Assembly (NCBI RefSeq): GCF_009914755.1
Contig: NC_060938.1
Strand: one strand, 5' to 3'
DNA from: the human T2T-CHM13v2.0 reference genome, Homo sapiens
Length of the DNA: 64,000 nt
Below are positions 56,268-64,000 of the stretch, in pieces (the stretch's first letter is position 1; every line of letters begins with the position of its first letter). The notes under the pieces were generated by a model. The model saw nothing but the letters and a program-made list of their open reading frames with translations, was not told the DNA's origin and made no database searches. The translations under genes were made by a program, and so were the position numbers.

Positions 56268-56689
56268 TGAGCATTAATATCTCCATTGTACAGATGAAGA
56301 CACACACAGGAAGAGTAAGTGATTTTCTCAGAAAGTATAAGATGTTCAAGAACCTGTTCATCTTGTTGCTAATGTACTTTACTCTTCTTCTCACTATGGA
56401 TGATGCAAATAAGGCTCAAAAGGAAGATATGACTTATCCAACGTCCTAAAGTCAATGATGGTATAAATGGGGCTGGAATTAATATCTCTCGATTCTCAAT
56501 TCAGTGTTCTTTGTATCCCACTAAGGAATCCTTCTCCATTCTCTAACAGACCATTGGCTATCTGTCTACCCAACTCATTTCCTATGTCTTCAAACTCTTA
56601 AGCACACGTCAATCAGCATTTGACAGAGGGTCCCAAAGGTGAATGCCTGAGGCATATGGAAAGCTCATCAGGAATTATTATTTTAAATT

Positions 56690-56915
56690 TAAAATGGATA
56701 AAACAAGCACTGGCAAGAAATCCATCAATCTGCTAGCAATGACTGTGCAAATGACTGGGTATAGGTATTAGAGGTGTACCGCAATATCTCTAATACTGTT
56801 ACCCAGTCATTTGTACTGTTATTGTTAGCAGATTGAGAAAAGTGTTTTCATTTTTCTGTTTCTATGTTTTCAAAATTTTCTTCAGTGAGATTTTTAACTT
56901 TTATAATGGAAAATA
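56690..56915 (+). mobile_element. L1ME-like 3' UTR end containing an inverted duplication
   Basis: ACTGGCAAGAAATCCATCAA…; T-rich TTTTCAAAATTTTCTTCAGTGA…CTTTTTATAAT end. Confidence 0.55.
56725..56836 (+). repeat. 53-bp imperfect inverted repeat with a 6-nt loop
   Basis: Manual pairing: 44 Watson-Crick, 6 G:T, 3 mismatches, no indels. Confidence 0.95.
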
Positions 56916-57518
56916 AACATTACAAAGTGGAAAAAAATGTTTTGTGCCACAGGTTTGGGATGTGTTTGTGCAGCTGTGTGCATGGGAGTGGCTGTTGCCA
57001 CATTGTGTTAAATGGGATGGAGGCTGGGTAGGGCAGGAACTGTGCTCCAGTCTTCTCCAAGGACAGGTCATTGTGTCATTCACTGGTTCCCATTCCTCCC
57101 CTAAAGCCCTGGCTGATGATTTTCGCACGCTTTACTTAATAACTTCCTCCCTACCTGGAGCCCGGTGGAATCCACAAAGCCATAAGCACACACCAGCCTG
57201 GTAGGTTGGGGCAGGTGGGAAGGAGCTCTGGGAGGCTGGGGCATCAGAACTTCACCCTCTCTGGTCAGAGCTGTGGGCTCCTGAGCTTCTCCCTCTGCCT
57301 GCTGTGGACTTATGTAACACATTCACAGGACTTCATTTTCCAGTAGATTGAAAGCAAAGCCGCTGTTGATTTTCTCCAAAATGATCTATTTGGAAGTGCA
57401 ATTGCCTGGAATTACATGGTGGCGCGAGAGGTTAGACCTTGCTGTAAATAACTTTCCTCTCAGCCACACAGGGGCTCAGCTGGAAGCAGTGTCTGGGCTT
57501 TAGATGACGGTGTTTGGG

Positions 57519-57537
57519 GTGTGTGTGTGTGTGTGTG
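57519..57537. repeat. (GT)n microsatellite
   Basis: Directly visible. Confidence 0.9.
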
Positions 57538-58669
57538 AGTGTGAATACATGTGTGCATGGTCTTGGGGCCTTTGCTCACCTTGCTACCACTTCTTCTACC
57601 TTTGGAGCTTTGCATCAGAATAAGGAATGAGGGCAGAGATGGGGAAGGATGGGGTTGTGCTTGTGGTTTCTTTTATCAGCTGGTTTATAGGGCCTGTCTC
57701 TGGCCACCTCTTCCCCTTATTGCTGCAGGGTCCTTGAGTCATGTGAGGTTGAGTAACTCAAGCACAGAGTGTGGAGTGGCACAAAGAACAAGCTTAAGAA
57801 TTGGACGTTTCTGAGTTATAGCACCACATGTGCCCAATTACAACATACGGGACCTTAGACAATTGCTTACATCTATGACCTCCTGTGTCTTTATACATTA
57901 AAGCAAACAAACCTAAACCAAACAACTGGTATAAGGTGTGGGAGTTGAGAGTACCTACATTTCAGTATTGTTGCAAGAGTTAAAGGAAGTAATGCTGGAG
58001 AAATCACACTGCACAGTGTCTGACACTTGGTATGTGTTCTGTAAATTTAGTTCCATTCTGTGCCCTGCCTTGCCTTTCATGACAGATTGAAATTAAAAGC
58101 AAAAGCAATGGGCTTGGAACCAGGATGGCCTAATCCAAAGTTGTGAAACATGCAAAGTCTGGGGTGTTTCACTTCTTTCTATACTCCCTTCCCGTATAGA
58201 TAGCCATAGCATACATACATGATTCCCCCAAAGAAAGACTGTAATAAACGAACTCTCACTGCAGCAGATGGGACTTAATGCTGTCTGCTCCTGGTGGGCA
58301 TTTGTATTTTAAGAGTCCTGCGTAGGCACGTAGAGGACAATGTTTAACCCAAAGATGGCAGCATTTTATGCAGGATGGCATTTAGATGGCAGAGCTATTT
58401 TTAGATTAGAAAGTCTTACATTTACTCTGGCCATTCTTCAGACCAGCCTTATTTGCAGGCGTTAGAATGGGATTATGTGCTAGATCAAGTGGACATTTTT
58501 CTCAAAACTCACCTAGTGTTGTCCTTTTCACATTTCCCCATGAAATTTAGAAAATAATAGAATCTTATCAAATATGGACTACATCCTCAGGAGAAGACTT
58601 CCAGACAGTTCTGGAGAAGGCATCTAGCCGCCCACCTACCTAACATTTTTTGGAATCCTACACTGTAAT

Positions 58670-59120
58670 ATAATAAATATAGCTGACATTTATGAAATAT
58701 TTTGCTAAATTTTTATGTGCATAATCTGAGTTAATTCTTACTACTTCCGGTGGTACTGATATTATGATGCCATTATTATAGCATATTGGCCAAGAGCAAA
58801 GATGCTGGAGCCAGGTTACTTGGCTCAAGTCTCAGCTCACCAGTCACTAGTAGTGTGCCCTAAGGCAAGCTGATTCTCTGTGGCTTGATCTTCTTATATT
58901 TAAAGGAGGAATATAATAGTACTACTTCATAAGGCTGTTTGGGGCATTAAGTGATTCAATGTACATAAAGTGCTTAGAAGAATGTCTGGCTATTATTATC
59001 ACCATTAAACATCTGAGAAAATTGTGGATGAGGGGAAGGGAAGTGATTTTCCCAGTGACACCCAGATGGTGACAGATCCAGGTCAAGATTTCATGCCTTA
59101 GGACTCCCAGCCTAGTGCTT
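58670..59120. mobile_element. Sense MIR nested in an antisense MIR
   Basis: GGCCAAGAGCAAAGATGCTGGAGCCAG…TAAAGTGCTTAGAA flanked by antisense MIR pieces. Confidence 0.7.
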
Positions 59121-60198
59121 TTTTCTTGGTATGAGGAATATGTGGAGGATCTTTAATTTTTCCCACATTATTATCTCTCAAGGCAGCTGTCAGTCATAAG
59201 TAACAGCATTTCAGAATGGCTGAAAATCTAGATGAGAACAATTGAAAAGGTGAGAGCTTGTTTAATTAAACTAGTTCCTGAAAGCATGTAAAAAGAAGTT
59301 TTTTCATAAAGTGGTGCCAATTTGGGTGCCCACCCCAGCTTGGCAGTTGCAGCTTAAGCACTAGTTAGTGGGCTTATTAATCAATGGCATCAGAGCCAAC
59401 ATCCAGGCTACAGCTAGCCTTCTAGAGAGGTGGTGCTGCCAGGTGCAATCCCAAGATGAGAGTCAACTTGTATGATAAGCATAGGTCAAGCTCTGAGTTT
59501 TCATTAGAAAAAAAATAAGTGGCTACTTCATAAAATATGTTAATTAACCATTGATGGAGTTGGGATAGAATGCGAAAGTTACATTTTCTTTAGAAAGTAT
59601 AAAAACCCTTTAGAGTTTTTATTTCCTAAAGTGACCCAGAACAAGCCTTCAATAGACCAAGTCCAATAATGCCTCATGTGTTTCAGAGGGAGAGGGTGGG
59701 CCAGATGAGGAGGGTGGTCACCAGGAGTTCTCCTTTGTCCTCCTCCCATTTCTCTTGACCTCTCTTGTCATAATGGCTACAGTTCCACTGTTAGGGATGT
59801 ATTATTTTGGGCATTGATAGTGTTTAAAGAGAAATTTAATTTCCAACATCTCCAAGAGACAACAAAATTATATAGCATCTTATATGGAACTCTCTTCCTC
59901 CCTGTTCAGATGCAGCAGCCAACTAGGACCATGCGGCCAACTAAGAACTGGAAAATAAGGCAAGGTGCCTTGGGAGGAGAAAGGGTGGATGATATATGCC
60001 GATTGACCATTTTGCTAAAGCCCAGGTCTACTTTATGCCATTTTGCTCTGCAAAGTGCTGCTGGAAGAAGTTCTGTTTGGAATTAAGTTAGAACAGGGAG
60101 CTCTGATCCAACATAAGAGAGCATCCCACTCAACCAAGATAATTAAGAGTTTGTCCTTTCTTCATTCCTTTTTCCAGCATAAGAAAGAGCATCCTACT

Positions 60199-60633
60199 TG
60201 TTTTGGATTGAATTTTATCCTCTCAAAAGATGTTGAAATTCTAACTCCCAGAACTTGTAAATGTGACCTTATTTGGGTCTTTGTAGATGATCGAGTTAAC
60301 GTGAGGTCATTAGGGTGGGCCCTAATCCAATGAGTATGTTCTCATAAAAAGGGGACATTTGGACACAGAAACAGACACATATACACAGGGAGAATGCCAT
60401 GTGAACATGAAGGCAGAGATCCAAGTGATACATCTACAAGCCAAAGATTGCCAGCAAATGACCAGAAACTAAAAAAGAGGCATGAAACAGACTCTCCCTT
60501 AGAGTCCTCGGAAATAACCAGCTCTGAAAACACTTGATCACAGTCTTTTAGTCTCCAGAACTGCGAGACAATGAATTTCTGTTGTTTATATCACCTGCTT
60601 TGTCGTACTTTGTTGCCCTAAAAAACTAATACA
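60199..60633 (+). mobile_element. MLT1B/C solo LTR
   Basis: TGTTTTGGATTGAATT…TGAGGTCATTAGGGTGGGCCCTAATCCAATGA…AAACTAATACA; TSD ctact/ccact. Confidence 0.9.
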
Positions 60634-60859
60634 CCACTGAACCAAGATAATTAAGAGCTTATGTCCTCTCCTTTCCTTCTTTCAGTAAATATTAGATGAG
60701 AGTCTACTGTGTGCCAGGCACAATACCAGATCCTGAGAACAATATCTTAGATAAGATCTTTGCTTTTAAGGAGTTCATAGACTATCAGGGATACGGATAA
60801 GTAAGCAGGCCATTACTGGCTGTATGATAGGTATTTCATGTCTTTTTTCCCCTCTAGAC

Positions 60860-61157
60860 CACTAGCTCTCAACCTTCACCATACTCTAGCTTCTCCTGAT
60901 AACTTAAAAAAAAAAACCTATGTCCAAGCCCCATTCCCAGGCATTTTGATTTAGGTACCCTGTGGTGGGAACAAGGCTTTGGTATTTTATGAATCTTCCT
61001 AAGAAATCCCAAAAGGCTGTTATTGATGAAAACCACTGTTTTCAAATATACCCATCATCAGGGCCCCAGTCCACACTAATAAAGTTGGAATGGTAATGAT
61101 ATTTTTTAGAAAGCTTCCCAGGTGATTCTAATGTGTAGCCAGGTTTGAGAACTGCTG
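60860..61157. mobile_element. MER5-like hAT fragments
   Basis: CTTCCCAGGTGATTCTAATGTGTAGCCAGGTTTGAGAACTGCTG. Confidence 0.75.
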
Positions 61158-63325
61158 TCTCTCCTGAGAGGTAGGGATTTGGTCTGTCTCATTTAATGCT
61201 GTGGCCTCTCTACAGTGTCTGTCACAGAATAGACAGTCAATAAATAATTGTTGAGTCAGGATCTATGATGAGAAAAACATAAGGTGCTATGGTGCATAGA
61301 AGATGAGTGCTCAGGGCAGTCATTAGAGAACTGAGACCTGAAAGATGAGTTGACTTATCCAGGCAAGGAGGGAAGAGAAGAGTGTGTCTGGCAGAGGGAA
61401 CAGGATATGTATAGAGCCAAGGAGCTGGCTGTAACTTGGCATAGCTGGAGCAAAATCTATGGGTGGTGAGGGGTAAGACTGGAAAGCGGAGCAAGGACTG
61501 GGTCATGAAGAGCCTTGCAAGCCACGAGGAGTTTGGATTCTGCCATAGGCTTGTTTGTGTTGTCCAGGGGCATAGCCATGAACTCTCAAGGCTGATTTTT
61601 GTTTCCTTGGCCTTGATGCTCACCCAGGTCGAGAGTAGTATCTTGCACTTTTTCTCTTTGAAGACAAAAGCCCAAGGAGGGTGTGGCATTTTGATGCCCA
61701 GGGCTGTAGGCCCATCTCATAAGAGGAGCATTGCCGTCTTTCTGGAGAGACCATCAAGTGTCGCAACTGCACTGCACCCCCTACATGGGACCTTCCATCA
61801 CCAGGACTTGGGAGTTAGATTCCCCAGCCCTCCTTCTATACTTCCACATCTTGGGTGGACCCTGGGGGAGCTTCCACATCCCTCTTTACACATCCTTCCC
61901 ATTCCTTTCAGTCCAGTTTTACCTGGACACACATGCTAAGGATGGAGAGGGAGGAGAAGACTCAGTGTGATATTCCCCAGATGGTCCCCTTAGGGAGAGC
62001 TCCTGGGCAGGGCAGGTTGATCTGTGCAGGAGGAACCTAACCCTCCATCCCAGGGGCTTGCGCATATATCCGCTGGGTGCTTGCTTGTCTGAGCCGTGCT
62101 GTTGGCAGCAGTGCCCGATTTAGTACTCTGCAGACTTCATTAACAGCCTGCCTGTTCCACTCCGAGTTCTTAATGAAGATGTTAAATAAAATGTGATGTT
62201 AGTATTGCCATTTGTACAGCACTTCATATTTACCAAGCACCTTTAGAACGTTTTTATTCTTTTCCAAGTGATAGCCCCAAGAAGTCGATTAGTACTGCTG
62301 CCCCATTCTACAGAGAGGCAGGCCCTTGGGAGTTCATTGATCTGTTGAAAGCCAGGTAGCCAGCCACCACCCCACCTTCTATCACCAGTGGGCATTACTC
62401 ACCCTCTTTTGCCCAGAACTCAATTTGTTGAGCTGCTGTAGCTCCTCAGGGCCCAAGGACATCTCACATTCCTCCCTCCAAATTCCAGACTTTGCTCTCT
62501 AAATATTATTCCTCTTCATCATTCTTACAATGTTGTGTTTTCAGTTTGGGAAAGCCTTAGTCTTCTCTTGGTCAATTTGAATGAATTTGCAAGTGAAATA
62601 TCCTGATGGACATCAAATGTCTCCCTGACCATCTAAACACACAGCACGCCTCAGGGCCCCTGTTGTCCATCCTGCCTCTTTCCAAAGCCTGTCAATGGCA
62701 CTGTGTTTGTGTCTGGCACGATCTGTCTTCTGTAAACAGTCGCAGGACAAACAGCACTGTTGTCTTCCTAAATATGACAGTCGACACCCCCCTACGACAG
62801 TTTTTACTTCTGAAACCATAAATCAGAGGCTCCAAGTGGCAGCATCTCTAAAGAACTGAAAGAGGAAGTAAACCTTGTAAAGAAAAGTACAAAAAGCGGC
62901 TCAGGTTTGCTTCTCTGAGCCTTGTTGGAGCAGTTGAATAAGGCTTATTAATAGGTTTACTTAGCTCTCTGTGCCTTAGTTTTCTCATATGTTAAATGGA
63001 GCTATTAATGGAAACACAGGTATGTAAAGGGTTTTCTGCTTTAATGACATAAGCATTTTGGGAGGGACTTCTTGCAACACTATTTTTGACTTCACACTTT
63101 TAAAAACCTATCACTAACTTTCTTTTTCTAGCGTACTATGCTGTCTTCATGTTGCCTTCTTTGCGTGTACTTCATTTCTTTTTCTTTCTTCATCCGGCTT
63201 TCTCTTACCTTCTTATCATCTGTCATTGCATTCATTTATTCCTTCTTCCACTGTCCTAAATCTCATCACCTTCTTATTCTGTTCCTTATCCTAGCCCATG
63301 GGAGGGTCCCCTCTGCTATTACTGA

Positions 63326-63941
<616 letters not shown>

Positions 63942-64000
63942 AGGATTACTTCTTGATGGAGGATTTGTGATGTGGTGTGGGAGTACAGAGCGAGGATGAT

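Noticed and set aside
56550-56638. Possible 89-nt cassette exon (…CTCTAACAG / AAG|GTGAAT)
   Set aside because: Splice-like signals of this strength are common by chance; no independent support
61463-61939. 158-aa ORF overlapping a 150-aa antisense ORF
   Set aside because: Partly L2-derived, non-ATG start, no recognisable domain

Overview
This is primate (human-like) nuclear DNA, not prokaryotic. It contains ~16 Alu copies, many old MIR/L2 fragments, MaLR/ERV solo LTRs and DNA-transposon fossils, and CpG is strongly depleted. I find no credible protein-coding exon: the ORFs I could interpret are Alu-, L1-, LTR- or low-complexity-derived, and the rest are short and look like chance ORFs. The first ~6 kb is a decayed antisense L1. 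At ~10.0-10.5 kb there is a probable non-CpG-island promoter and non-coding first exon on the + strand (perfect CAG|GTAAGT donor at 10485/10486, with AP-1, ETS and TEAD motifs), so the remaining ~54 kb is probably long intron. That stretch includes a strong CTCF-like site and a possible second promoter or exon near 55.2-55.7 kb. I cannot name the host gene with confidence. I see no new multi-gene system. The best unexplained signals are a 53-bp hairpin with strand-biased G:U pairs (56725-56836), a Z-DNA-prone microsatellite closed by a perfect inverted repeat (26497-26612), a 40-bp twin element 2.7 kb apart, and an orphan Alu fragment matching the piece missing from a nearby Alu. Repeat subfamily calls are from recalled consensus features, not a RepeatMasker run, and the boundaries of old repeats are approximate.
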